In this document: one piece after another, positions 9,159 through 19,297 of the stretch
Layout of the letters: each line of letters starts with the position of its first letter
Numbering within the stretch: position 1 is the first letter of the stretch
Source: an uncultured Desulfosarcina sp.
GTDB lineage: Bacteria; Desulfobacterota; Desulfobacteria; Desulfobacterales; Desulfosarcinaceae
Reading direction: 5' to 3'
Length of the DNA: 64,000 nucleotides
NCBI GenBank assembly: GCA_963674945.2
Contig: CAXXWQ010000004.1
Span: 1,728,001 to 1,792,000, forward strand
Program-made: the position numbers and the translations under genes
Notes under the pieces: generated by a model
What the model saw: the letters and a program-made list of their open reading frames with translations, nothing else
What the model was told of the DNA's origin: nothing
The model's database searches: none

Positions 9159-10679
9159 ATGACACAACCGAAACTGCCATCGAATAAACGTATAGAAATC
9201 GAAAGCGCAAGCGGACGAAAAATGCATTCTGCCGGCAATGGCACTGTTATCGTGCTGATAGTTCTTTCCCATCTCCTTTTTTCAAGCTGCGCGCCTGTGG
9301 GGCCTGACTACAAACCTCCTGAGACAAAACCGCCCTCCGCCTGGAACGCCCAAATGAGACAAGGCCTGTCAACAGAAGCCATGGATCCCGGTCAACTGGC
9401 CCAATGGTGGGAAATCTTTCATGATCCCGTACTGACAGGCCTCGTTCATCAGGCAGTCAACAATAATCTTGACCTGAAACAGGCGGTGGCAAAAGTACGT
9501 GAGGCAAGGGCCAGAAGAGGTATCAGCGAATCACAACGCTATCCGACCCTTGACGCGAGCGGATCTTATAGCAGGAGCAAAAGCAGCGAAAACATCGGAG
9601 GGGGAGCAACAAGAAGCCACTATGAATTCGGTTTCGATGCGGGCTGGGAAATAGATCTCTTCGGAGGAACAAGAAGGTCTATTGAGGCAGCGGAGGCAGA
9701 TCTGGCCGCAAGCCGGGAAAATCTGTGTGACGTCCTCGTATCACTGACCGCTGAAGTCGCCCTGAATTATCTCGATATTCGGACAACACAGAAGAGGCTC
9801 TCTGTCGCCGAGAAGAATCTTTCCGCACAGCAGGAAGCCTTCGAGTTCATCGACTGGCGTTACCAGGCAGGCCTGAGCAATGAACTGGCCCTCCAGCAGG
9901 CCCGCTACAACCTTGAAAGTACGAAAGCGCAGATTCCCCTTTTGCGAAATAGCCTGGAAGAAGCAAAAAACCGGATGGCCGTGCTAACCGGGAAGATACC
10001 CGGCTCTTTGCACGATTTGCTCGAGGCGCCAAGGCCGATACCGGTCATCCCCGAAAGGGTGGCGGTCGGCGTACCCGCCGAGACTCTCAGGCAACGGCCT
10101 GACGTCCGCAGGGCGGAACGCAACCTTGCCGCCCAGACGGCCCGCATCGGCGAAGCCACCGCACAACTGTACCCCAAGTTCCGCCTTTCGGGTTCCATCG
10201 GTCTGGAAGCATTGGAATCCAGCGACCTTTTCAAATCCGGCAGTGATACCTGGAGCATCGTGCCGGGTGTCTCCTGGAACCTTTTCGATGCCGGCGCCAT
10301 CAGGCAGAATATTGAAGTGCAAAACGCCGTTCAGGAACAATACCTGCTCGCCTACGAATCGACTCTTCTGGGAGCCCTGGAAGAGGTGGAAAACGCCCTT
10401 ACCGCCTACGCCGAAGAACAATTGCGCCGTGAGAGGCTTGTGGAAGCAGTTGATGCCGCCCGTCAGGCAGAAATACTATCCGGACAGCAATATACGGCAG
10501 GGCTGACGGATTTCACGACTGTACTCGATGCGCAGCGTTCCCTGCTCTCTTTTGATGACCAGCTGGCCCAAAGCGATGGATCCGTCACCTCCAACCTCAT
10601 CCGGTTGTATAAAGCGCTTGGCGGAGGGTGGAGTTCAAACGCTGAAGGGAATTTTCGGATAGAGGACAATCAGAAATGA
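9159..10679 (+). CDS. NodT/TolC-family outer-membrane efflux lipoprotein
   Basis: Lipobox LFSSC followed by APVGPDY, WEIDLFG, QRPDVRRAE, LYKALGGGW; start uncertain (9159 or 9222). Confidence 0.92.
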   Translation: MTQPKLPSNKRIEIESASGRKMHSAGNGTVIVLIVLSHLLFSSCAPVGPDYKPPETKPPSAWNAQMRQGLSTEAMDPGQLAQWWEIFHDPVLTGLVHQAVNNNLDLKQAVAKVREARARRGISESQRYPTLDASGSYSRSKSSENIGGGATRSHYEFGFDAGWEIDLFGGTRRSIEAAEADLAASRENLCDVLVSLTAEVALNYLDIRTTQKRLSVAEKNLSAQQEAFEFIDWRYQAGLSNELALQQARYNLESTKAQIPLLRNSLEEAKNRMAVLTGKIPGSLHDLLEAPRPIPVIPERVAVGVPAETLRQRPDVRRAERNLAAQTARIGEATAQLYPKFRLSGSIGLEALESSDLFKSGSDTWSIVPGVSWNLFDAGAIRQNIEVQNAVQEQYLLAYESTLLGALEEVENALTAYAEEQLRRERLVEAVDAARQAEILSGQQYTAGLTDFTTVLDAQRSLLSFDDQLAQSDGSVTSNLIRLYKALGGGWSSNAEGNFRIEDNQK

Positions 10680-11971
10680 GCAATATGGAGACAAAAGGCA
10701 GATCAGACCTTGAACAAATTTTGAACGCTGAGGGTAAGAAAAGGCGCGGATACCTGAAACACCTGACGATCTGGCCAATCATCCTTCTTCTGGTATTTTT
10801 TGCATGGTACAAATGGTTTGGGAACAAAAACGGATCAGCAACACAGTACATAACCATGGAGGCGCAACGAGGGGATCTGACGGTCACGGTCACCGCCACC
10901 GGTAACCTGGAGCCCACCAACCAGGTCGATGTCGGCACGGAAGTTTCGGGAACGATCGCCTCCGTGGAAGTCGACTACAATGATGTCGTCAAGGCAGGCC
11001 AGGTGCTGGCACGATTGGATACGACCATGCTCGAGGCCCAGGTGAACCAATCTTGTTCCGCCGTGGAATCATCCCGATCAAACTTGCTGCTTGCCCAGGC
11101 CGGCCTTCTTGAAGCCGAGAGTGAAATGGGAAGACTGGCCCGTGTCCGTCAACTCAGCGGTGGAAAGATTCCTTCGCAACAGGATTTCGATGTGGCAGAT
11201 GCGGCGCTCAAAAAAGCCCAGGCGACCGTGGCCATGGTAAAGGCGAATATCGCCCAGGCGGAGGCAAAACGCAGAATTGATCAGACCAACCTGGAAAAAG
11301 CCACCATTTTCTCCCCGATAAACGGCATGGTTCTGAAAAGAAGCGTTGAAAAGGGTCAGACCGTGGCCGCTTCGCTGCAGGCACCGGTTCTTTTCACCCT
11401 GGCGGAAGACCTGACCAAGATGGAACTCCATGTTGATGTGGATGAAGCAGATGTAGGCAAAGTCATGGAAGGCCAGCAGGCGATTTTTACGGTGGACGCC
11501 TATCCGGAGCGTACTTTTCCCGCCCATATCACCCAGGTCCGTTACGGTTCAGAAACAACCGAAGGTGTGGTCACCTACCCGACAGTCCTCAACGTGGACA
11601 ATTCAGATCTTTCCCTGCGGCCGGGCATGACGGCTACGGCGGATATCGTGGTCAAAGAAATCAAGGATGCCTTGCTGGTACCAAATTCCGCCCTGCGTTT
11701 CACACCATCGTCAAGGGAAGAAGAAGAAATCGATACGCAGGGCGGTAGCCTCCTCAGCAAGCTCTTCCCACGCCCTCGCCGTTCAAGATCGAAGAAAGGG
11801 AATCAAAGCGGCAATCATAAAAGAAATAAGGTATGGACACTGCGAGACAACCGGCCCGTTGCCATAGAGATCGTTGCAGGGGCGACCAGCGGAATGATGA
11901 CCGAGGTCACCGGTGGTGAAGTGACACCTGGCATGCCTTTGATTGTTGAAGCAATAAACAAGAAAAGATAA
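10676..11971 (+). CDS. MacA-like periplasmic adaptor (membrane fusion protein)
   Basis: TVTATGNLEP, VGTEVSG, SPINGMV, VDEADVG, LRPGMTA. Confidence 0.92.
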   Translation: MSNMETKGRSDLEQILNAEGKKRRGYLKHLTIWPIILLLVFFAWYKWFGNKNGSATQYITMEAQRGDLTVTVTATGNLEPTNQVDVGTEVSGTIASVEVDYNDVVKAGQVLARLDTTMLEAQVNQSCSAVESSRSNLLLAQAGLLEAESEMGRLARVRQLSGGKIPSQQDFDVADAALKKAQATVAMVKANIAQAEAKRRIDQTNLEKATIFSPINGMVLKRSVEKGQTVAASLQAPVLFTLAEDLTKMELHVDVDEADVGKVMEGQQAIFTVDAYPERTFPAHITQVRYGSETTEGVVTYPTVLNVDNSDLSLRPGMTATADIVVKEIKDALLVPNSALRFTPSSREEEEIDTQGGSLLSKLFPRPRRSRSKKGNQSGNHKRNKVWTLRDNRPVAIEIVAGATSGMMTEVTGGEVTPGMPLIVEAINKKR

Positions 11972-11974
11972 CTT

Positions 11975-12697
11975 ATGACGGAACCGATAGACTCCGAACA
12001 TCCACTCCTTGTTGAACTTACAGGCATAGTGAAAGTGTATGGCAGCGGCACCGCTGCCATGAAAGCCCTGCAGGGCATTGACCTTGCCATCAATGAGGGT
12101 GATTTTGTGGCGGTCATGGGACCGAGCGGCTCTGGGAAATCCACATGCATGAACATCCTGGGCTGCCTCGACACCCCGACGCATGGCAGATACCTGTTCA
12201 ATGATGTCGAGGTCGGCTATCTGACGAGGAATCAGAGGGCATTTTTGCGCCGTCATTACCTTGGTTTCGTGTTTCAGGGATTTAACCTGCTGAACCGCAC
12301 CACTGCTCTGGAAAACGTCGAACTGCCTCTCATCTACCGACGAATTAAAAAAGATGAACGCCGTCGGCGTGCCGGAAAAGCACTGGCCGCAGTGGGCCTA
12401 TCCGGCTGGGAGCATCACACCCCGGGAGAACTTTCCGGCGGGCAGCAGCAGCGGGTTGCGATTGCTCGTGCCATCGTCACCGAACCGGCTCTGCTCCTTG
12501 CCGATGAACCCACAGGTAACCTGGATACGTCACGCAGCATTGAAATCATGCAACTTTTGACCGAATTGAATCAAAATCGTGGGATTACAATTGTCATGGT
12601 CACCCACGAACACGAAATGGCAAGCTTTGCCAGGCGGATCGTGCAGTTCCGGGATGGTCTGGTTGAGGTTGACCAGGCAAACGAAGGAATGATGTGA
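11975..12697 (+). CDS. ABC transporter ATP-binding subunit (MacB/LolD-like)
   Basis: Walker [30 protein letters not shown]-loop VTHE. Confidence 0.95.
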   Translation: MTEPIDSEHPLLVELTGIVKVYGSGTAAMKALQGIDLAINEGDFVAVMGPSGSGKSTCMNILGCLDTPTHGRYLFNDVEVGYLTRNQRAFLRRHYLGFVFQGFNLLNRTTALENVELPLIYRRIKKDERRRRAGKALAAVGLSGWEHHTPGELSGGQQQRVAIARAIVTEPALLLADEPTGNLDTSRSIEIMQLLTELNQNRGITIVMVTHEHEMASFARRIVQFRDGLVEVDQANEGMM

Positions 12698-13902
12698 TGT
12701 TTTCCAACACGTTTCTTCTTGCGCTGCGAGAAATCCGGCGCAATGTCCTGCGCTCCTTTTTGACCATTCTCGGTATCGTCATCGGCGTGGCAGCGGTGAT
12801 CATCATGGTCACCATCGGAGCCGGTGCAACGGCCCAGGTAACGGAACAGATTGCCAGTTTGGGCAGTAACCTCTTGATGGTAAGGACCGGGCAACGCATG
12901 GGACCGGGCCAACCATCCGGCGCGCCTCCATTTGATCTGGCCGACGCCCAGGCAATATTCCACGAAATCCCTGCCGTTGCGGGTGTTGCCCCCTCATCAT
13001 CCCAAAGAGTCACTGCCGTGTTCGGTAACGCCAATTGGGCGACAACGGTTATGGGTGTTGACAACCAGTTTTTCACGGTCCGCAACTGGACCATTCGGTC
13101 AGGACGACAATTTCAGGAGACGGAGCTGCGTTCCGGCAAGGCAGTGTGTATCATCGGGGCGACAATTGCCAAGGAACTTTACGGAGCCCAGGACCCTTTG
13201 GGCAACAAGATACGCCTGGGAAAATTCTCCTGTGAAGTGACGGGCCTGCTCCAAGCCAAGGGACAGTCCACGTTCGGATCAGACCAGGACGATCTCATCC
13301 TGATACCGCTTCGCACCTTCCAACGGCGGATCGCCGGCAATCAGGATATCAGGCTGATCCAGGTATCGGTAGCGGAAGACAGGTCAACGGACAAGGTAAA
13401 AAGCGATATCGAAGAACTGCTTCGTGAACGCCGTCATATCATCGGCTCAAAAGACGACGATTTCCAGGTAATGGACATGAAGGAAATCACCAGGATGCTC
13501 ACCGGAACCACCCACATACTGACAAGTCTTCTCGGAGCCGTGGCCGCCGTCAGCCTACTTGTGGGAGGCATCGGGATCATGAATATCATGCTGGTGTCGG
13601 TAACGGAAAGGACAAGGGAAATCGGCATCCGCATGGCAATCGGAGCCCTGGAACGGGAAGTGTTGCTTCAGTTTCTGGTGGAGGCAATGGTGCTCTCATC
13701 TTTCGGAGGACTGATCGGCATCCTGTTCGCCGTTGCCAGTTCGGTAGGTCTTGCCAGACTGCTGAAGATTCCCTTTGTCTTCAATCCCGGCATAATACTC
13801 ATCGCTTTTCTCTTTTCCGCCGCCGTGGGCGTCGTTTTCGGTTTTTTCCCGGCCAGGAAAGCGGCACAGCTTGATCCGATCGATGCGCTGCGACATGAAT
13901 AG
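12694..13902 (+). CDS. MacB/FtsX-type ABC permease
   Basis: RSFLTILGIVIGVAAV, VGGIGIMNIMLVSVTERTREIGIR, PARKAAQLDPIDALR. Confidence 0.95.
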   Translation: MMFSNTFLLALREIRRNVLRSFLTILGIVIGVAAVIIMVTIGAGATAQVTEQIASLGSNLLMVRTGQRMGPGQPSGAPPFDLADAQAIFHEIPAVAGVAPSSSQRVTAVFGNANWATTVMGVDNQFFTVRNWTIRSGRQFQETELRSGKAVCIIGATIAKELYGAQDPLGNKIRLGKFSCEVTGLLQAKGQSTFGSDQDDLILIPLRTFQRRIAGNQDIRLIQVSVAEDRSTDKVKSDIEELLRERRHIIGSKDDDFQVMDMKEITRMLTGTTHILTSLLGAVAAVSLLVGGIGIMNIMLVSVTERTREIGIRMAIGALEREVLLQFLVEAMVLSSFGGLIGILFAVASSVGLARLLKIPFVFNPGIILIAFLFSAAVGVVFGFFPARKAAQLDPIDALRHE

Positions 13903-14886
13903 TCAGGGCTGACTCGACAGCAACTCGAAAACGCGATTGGGCAGCTGTGCGTTGATTTCATCCCTGACCCTGGAAGGGAGCATGCCTTCTTCCGTGGAGG
14001 AGACCTTGATCGGCCAGCGCTTTTTGGCCAGTACCCGGTTGCCGTCGCGAAAAATCAGTTCATGGGAGCCCCGCTGCCAGAACCAGCCCTGGCGGGATTC
14101 GACCGGGGCGGTATCCAGGCTGCCGGACAACACCAGGTTGGAACCGGTGACGACGTGGACCCCGAGTTGCGCCAGTGCGCGCTGTATCTCGGCACGAATC
14201 GAGTCGTCTGCCGCGTCCACCGAGACCTCCAGACTGGCCAGGGCGTCCCGCACCAATTTTTCCACCGCCGGCAGATCGTATCGGCCCTCGATGCCGTGGC
14301 CGTCCGCCACCACCATCAGGTTGCGGTTGAGTTCCTCCCGGTGGATCTGCTGCTCGCGGGCGCGCTTCAGGGCGGTTAGCGCGGAGACCGGGGAGTCGGC
14401 GGTGTGGCTGGCGTAATCGATCAGCTGCGTCACATCGCGGTCGGCGGTGAGAATGGCACTTCGAAACCGGCTCGCGGCGGCCTGTTTGTTCAGGGTTGCC
14501 AGGGCGTACACGCGGCCGTCCGGCGCGGTCCAGGATTCTGCGATGGTGGCGCCTTCCACCACCTTGCGCGCTTCGACGCTGATACTGCGGCTGACCTTTT
14601 GTTCATTGACCGTCTGCTGACCATCGCCGGAGGAGCTGATTTGCGCACTGCTGAAATCCATTGTGGTGTCGGACACCGCCACCTCGAAAACCCTGGCGAG
14701 ATTGGCGAAGGCGCGATCGGTGGCGGTCTGCCGGCTGTCGCCGGAACCGGTCCCGGTCAGGTAGGTGGCGGCGGGATAGGCGGATTGCGGGGCGTCAATC
14801 CACTGCGGAGGCTGGTTTTGGCCGGCACAGGCGGCGAATAATGTGCCCAGAAGACAGGTCAGGCAGATTTTTTTGCACAGGTTCAT
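13903..14886 (-). CDS. LPP20-family lipoprotein
   Basis: Lipobox FAAC; PQWI...YLTGTG...ATDRAFANLA pattern. Confidence 0.7.
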   Translation of the reverse strand: MNLCKKICLTCLLGTLFAACAGQNQPPQWIDAPQSAYPAATYLTGTGSGDSRQTATDRAFANLARVFEVAVSDTTMDFSSAQISSSGDGQQTVNEQKVSRSISVEARKVVEGATIAESWTAPDGRVYALATLNKQAAASRFRSAILTADRDVTQLIDYASHTADSPVSALTALKRAREQQIHREELNRNLMVVADGHGIEGRYDLPAVEKLVRDALASLEVSVDAADDSIRAEIQRALAQLGVHVVTGSNLVLSGSLDTAPVESRQGWFWQRGSHELIFRDGNRVLAKKRWPIKVSSTEEGMLPSRVRDEINAQLPNRVFELLSSQP

Positions 14887-14952
14887 CGTTCATCTCCTTA
14901 CGATACCTTGCGGTTTATGTGCATCGTCTCGGCGATGCCTCTCCTTCCCATA

Positions 14953-16206
14953 TCAGGGATAGCTGAAAACAGCGGGGCTGAAACTGGAGGCAAAGAGCAC
15001 CACAAAATTGCCGCGGGCGTCGTCGGGACGCTGATAGTGAAAATTCTTGGCCGGAATCGAGAGCCGGCCGGTAAGTGGCGCGGTTGCCCTTGCCACCTGT
15101 ATATAGGCCGGCAGCATATTCCAGCTTCGCAGATCGGCCTGTTCCGTCGCCACGGTGAGGATATTGACCAGCACGCCGGCGAGTTCATTCTGGTCCTGGG
15201 CCTCCTGGACCATTTTGTATTTGGCCACCGCCCTTGCCACCGCCGTCGCCAGGATAGCGGCATAATCCTTATCCAGGTCCTGGCGCACACGCCGTTCCAC
15301 GTTTTCGATCACCCGGGTCTGCAAGTTGTTGTCATCCACCTGCCAGTTCAGGGACTGGGGCGCCGACCGGACCTGCGGATACATGGGCATCACCACACTG
15401 ATCATGGTGTCCATGTCCCGGTTGAACAACGACAGTCGCGTCTCGGTCTTCTGGCTTACCACGCCGTCGAAATAGAAGACGATCCACTGGCCCTGCCCCG
15501 CCGTCGGCAGCTGCGCATTGCGGTCGAACTGTCTTTCGTATTTCGCATATTCTTCATCGAAGCCCTGGCTGCGGGTCAGGTTCAAAAGGCTTGTCTGGAG
15601 GGCGGGTGGGATGGACTCGTCGCGCTCGGTCATAATCGCGTAAGCCTTGCGATAGCTGATCAGGGCGTCGTCGCGCTCCCCCGCCATTTCATAGATCAGT
15701 CCGGCGAGAAAACGCGCGCTTGCCAGGTGTCCGTAGGCGTCGTCACCCTCGTAGTCGCCCATGGTGACATCCGCCTGCAGTACTTCGACACGGGCCCCGT
15801 CGAGGTCGCCGCCAAGCAGGTAACAAAGGGCCAGCGCCACATGTACCAGCACGTGATCGCTTGCGCTGCCCGCGTAGCTGCGCAGGGTTTCATTGGCGGT
15901 GACGGCGGCGAGATTTTCGGTGACGCTGACGGCGTCCAGCGCCGCCATGGCCTCTTTGGCCTGCTGCAAATCCTGGCGGCCACCGTCGAAATCTCCGGTA
16001 TACAGTTTCAGCAGTCCGCTGTCGAGGAGGTACTGGACGCGGTCGCGCGCGGGGGGGGTGATGGCCGCGAGTTTCGCCAGCGTCTCTTGCGGCCCCGCGG
16101 CGGGAAGGTTCTGCGCCACCTGGTTTACCTCCCAGGCGGCACAACCGCCGAGAAGAAACAGGGCCACGCTTACCAATACGCCCGTGCAGACACGCAGCTC
16201 AGTCAT
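14953..16206 (-). CDS. COG3014-like TPR lipoprotein
   Basis: Lipobox LGGC; LDGARVE, ALISYRKA, EQADLRSWNMLP. Confidence 0.75.
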   Translation of the reverse strand: MTELRVCTGVLVSVALFLLGGCAAWEVNQVAQNLPAAGPQETLAKLAAITPPARDRVQYLLDSGLLKLYTGDFDGGRQDLQQAKEAMAALDAVSVTENLAAVTANETLRSYAGSASDHVLVHVALALCYLLGGDLDGARVEVLQADVTMGDYEGDDAYGHLASARFLAGLIYEMAGERDDALISYRKAYAIMTERDESIPPALQTSLLNLTRSQGFDEEYAKYERQFDRNAQLPTAGQGQWIVFYFDGVVSQKTETRLSLFNRDMDTMISVVMPMYPQVRSAPQSLNWQVDDNNLQTRVIENVERRVRQDLDKDYAAILATAVARAVAKYKMVQEAQDQNELAGVLVNILTVATEQADLRSWNMLPAYIQVARATAPLTGRLSIPAKNFHYQRPDDARGNFVVLFASSFSPAVFSYP

Positions 16207-16221
16207 CTCCGGGGCGATTGG

Positions 16222-16809
16222 TTAAAAACGCAGCTTGGCGTTTTTTACCACTTTTTTGATTTTCTTCTGGCCAATCCAGACCTTGCGGTTGTCGGCCATG
16301 CTGATCAGGGTCAGATCCACCTGGTAGTAGCGCACCTGCTCTTTGCCCTCCTTGTCGATGATGGTGTTGATCTGGCCCTGCATCATGAAATCTGCCCCCA
16401 GCTCCCGGCCGGCGGCGTTTCGTGTATCCTCCCGGGCGTTGAGATCCTGGTCCTTGCGCTCGTCACGGATCTCACCGCGCTCATCGCTGGAGGCAACGAA
16501 ATCGACGCTTCCCGAATTGATCAGGGCGCGCTCGATATCGGAGACAAAGGTTTTCACGTTGATGTGCTCGTGGCTCAGGTTGCGCACGGTACCGACGATA
16601 ACCGCAGGCCGCTTCCCGGTGCGCGACCGGTAGTCACCGATCCAGGGGCGTGACAGCGCGTCCTGGACCATCTCTTCTGAGACCAGCCTGGAGTCGGTGT
16701 CGTTCCAGGCGCCGCTCAAATCGATGGTTTCGTCGGGAGCTACCCTTTCTACCGATGTGCTGCAAGCGGCCAATAACAGGGCGCTCGCCACAATGATCCA
16801 TACCCGCAT
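16222..16809 (-). CDS. lpoB: LpoB-like penicillin-binding protein activator lipoprotein
   Basis: Lipobox LAAC; DLSGAWNDTDSR, VRNLSHEHI, GRELGADFMMQG, YYQVDL. Confidence 0.75.
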   Translation of the reverse strand: MRVWIIVASALLLAACSTSVERVAPDETIDLSGAWNDTDSRLVSEEMVQDALSRPWIGDYRSRTGKRPAVIVGTVRNLSHEHINVKTFVSDIERALINSGSVDFVASSDERGEIRDERKDQDLNAREDTRNAAGRELGADFMMQGQINTIIDKEGKEQVRYYQVDLTLISMADNRKVWIGQKKIKKVVKNAKLRF

Positions 16810-16823
16810 AGGTATAACCCTTT

Positions 16824-17375
16824 TCAGTTTTCGCTTTTCAGAAAACGGCGGAAGTTCGCCGTTGCGTTATTTTCGTAATACTGCCTGAAATTCTCGGACA
16901 GCTTGGCGGCGCTTGCGATCGCATCATCCAGGGTCTTCATGTCCATCTCGGCAAAAGAATGGATATTGCCGCTGCGCGGATCACGCCAGCGGCCCTTGAT
17001 TTTGGCACCGTTCAGCACGGTCTGGGTGCTGCTTTTAATGGACTGCTCGATGCTGCTGGTGGTGCTTTCGCCACTGGCGGCGGCGTAGTCGCTCAGGGTG
17101 CTGTCGACATAGGTGGAGACGATTTTCGCCAACTCGGCACGGGCGCGGCTGTCGGCAGTGGAGCGTTGCAGGGACTCGTCGTTCATCGGCGGTGCCATGG
17201 CGACACCGTAGAGGTAGCGGCCATTGGGATTGTCCACCGCCTGGGTACCTTCGTTCACCCAGTCCGGAGCACCCTTGATTCCCAAATCGCTTTCTATGGT
17301 CGGGGCGCCGCCACAGGCGGTGAGAAGCACCAGTAAAAGACCGGTGATGATTCCAAAAACAGGGCGAATAATCAT
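16824..17375 (-). CDS. LPP20-like lipoprotein
   Basis: Lipobox LTAC; APDWV...ADSRARAELAK. Confidence 0.7.
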   Translation of the reverse strand: MIIRPVFGIITGLLLVLLTACGGAPTIESDLGIKGAPDWVNEGTQAVDNPNGRYLYGVAMAPPMNDESLQRSTADSRARAELAKIVSTYVDSTLSDYAAASGESTTSSIEQSIKSSTQTVLNGAKIKGRWRDPRSGNIHSFAEMDMKTLDDAIASAAKLSENFRQYYENNATANFRRFLKSEN

Positions 17376-17744
17376 GGTTGACTCCTTTTGCAGCCGCCTG
17401 GTGCCTGACAGGCGATACGACAGAAACTTGCTTTTCGGGAATCAGTATATCGTAATCTCACCATAGAATGTCAAGGTTAAATCGCCACAATATGTCGTAC
17501 CTGCCGCTGTAAAAAAGGCGGCGGGTTGAATAAAGGCCCTATTTTCCCACGGGGGTATTTCGACTCAATTTTGCTGAAAGGGAGTTCTTTTTTCGTTTTT
17601 GGGGGTATCGTGAAGGGATCGGTTGTAACGAGAAGTATCTGACCAGACTAGGGTATTACGCGATTCAGGAAGAACTTGCGTATTTTCATGATTAGAAAAA
17701 GGAAAGTATCAGACCCGCTGATCGGCAACAATCCGCCCGCCCAC

Positions 17745-17806
17745 ATGAAACACTCCTTCCAGGCGTCGGTCAACAGCTCCCGATGATTGTTGAGAATTTT
17801 CGCCAC
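17745..17806 (-). pseudogene. Possible remnant of a DUF4160-like toxin-antitoxin gene C-terminus
   Basis: Short minus-strand reading VAKILNNHRELLTDAWKECF resembles the DUF4160 C-terminal helix; no intact gene. Confidence 0.25.
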
Positions 17807-17924
17807 GTCTCATCCTTCTTCGCGCCTTAGCGTCTTCGCGTGAGACCCTCTTTTTTTCCGGCGCCTTTTTATGTCCCCTCAAAATAATTTCTCGATTATT
17901 TTAAAAGCGAAAATTGCGCGAGTC

Positions 17925-19073
17925 CTAAGATGCGATAGCGAAATACTCCGGCGAGCAAACCGTAATACCTTTCTTGATCTGAAAAGGCGCTTCCACCGGC
18001 GCGATAACCCATGCGGAATCGGGTTTCATTGTCGCAACCAATTCATGGAATCCCCGGGAGGGCTTGGGTGCCTTTGACAATTTGCACTCCAGCACATGCC
18101 GCTGGCCGGCACGCTCTAACAGCAGATCTACTTCGGCGCCATTGGTAGTGCGTAAAAACGAGGGTCGCCAGCGTTTATGGGTCGCAATGATATTTTCGAT
18201 CACAAAACCTTCCCAGGATGCGCCGACAATTGGGTTGGCCAGAAGAAAGTCGTACGATTCGATATCAAGCAAGGCATGCAGAACACCGCTGTCACGCAGA
18301 AATATTTTAGGGGATTTGATCAACCGTTTTTTAAGGTTCGTCCCGGCCGCCGGCAAGAGACGCACCATATACGTCTGCTCCAGAAGGGCGAGGTATTTTT
18401 TAAGTGTCGGAATGGATATATCCGCGGCCGTGGCCAGTTTTTGATAGTTGACGGTTTGTCCATGGTAATGGGCCAGCAACATCCAGAGGCGCTCTATGAC
18501 GGGGATGGGAACAGAAAATCCCAATTGGGGGATGTCTCGTTCCATGAACGTACGGATAAAATCGAGCCGCCAATCAAAGCTTTCCCGGCCATTTTCAGCC
18601 AGGACACTTTCCGGAAAGCCGCCCCGAAGCCACAGATCGGACCAGGGTGACATGTGTGCCACCTCGTGAAGTAAAAATGGCGTCAGGTCATGGTATGCGA
18701 TACGCCCTGCCAAGGACTCGGTGGTCTGCTTGATAAGATCACGTGATGCCGAACCCAGAATCAGAAACCGGCCCGGTCGGCGATCCTTATCAATCTCGGA
18801 ACGAAGCACGGCGAAAAACTCCGGCAGCCGTTGGATCTCATCAAGGCAGACCAGCTTTTCGCGATAGCGATCGAAAAACAACTCGGGTTCGGCCAGTTTG
18901 TTGCGGTCCACTCGATCCTGAAGGTCAAGATAGACCGCGGAAAGATCCTTGATCAGCATCTTAGCGGTCGTGGATTTCCCACACTGCCGTGGACCGAGGA
19001 TGGCAACGGCCGGCGAACGAGCCAGGGACCGTTTTATATCTTTCTCGATGAATCTTGAAATATATCCATGCAT
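17925..19073 (-). CDS. AAA_14 ATPase with DUF4143 (PD-(D/E)xK-like) C-terminus
   Basis: GPRQCGKST, LDEIQR, LILGSAS, ESLAGR, RGGFP, EVDLL...ECK. Confidence 0.9.
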   Translation of the reverse strand: MHGYISRFIEKDIKRSLARSPAVAILGPRQCGKSTTAKMLIKDLSAVYLDLQDRVDRNKLAEPELFFDRYREKLVCLDEIQRLPEFFAVLRSEIDKDRRPGRFLILGSASRDLIKQTTESLAGRIAYHDLTPFLLHEVAHMSPWSDLWLRGGFPESVLAENGRESFDWRLDFIRTFMERDIPQLGFSVPIPVIERLWMLLAHYHGQTVNYQKLATAADISIPTLKKYLALLEQTYMVRLLPAAGTNLKKRLIKSPKIFLRDSGVLHALLDIESYDFLLANPIVGASWEGFVIENIIATHKRWRPSFLRTTNGAEVDLLLERAGQRHVLECKLSKAPKPSRGFHELVATMKPDSAWVIAPVEAPFQIKKGITVCSPEYFAIAS

Positions 19074-19297
19074 ATCACAAAATACTGTTTTTGATTTTCA
19101 TGGATAATACCGATTTCCCAGGCAGGATGTCAACTCATTTTTCCCCCTTTTCGGGGGAGTCGGCGAACGGCCCGATTCGAGGGGATTGAGCAGAGAAGAG
19201 TAAAGTTACAATCGTACTAAAGGTATAAGTGATTATCGGAAGGGTTCCTTACCTTTAGGCACTTTAGCGCATTTATAAACTTTCAAATTTTAGCTGT

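Noticed and set aside
14908..16653. 581-aa plus-strand ORF (likewise 2002-3546 minus and 22351-23487 plus)
   Set aside because: Antisense to well-supported genes; no recognisable domains
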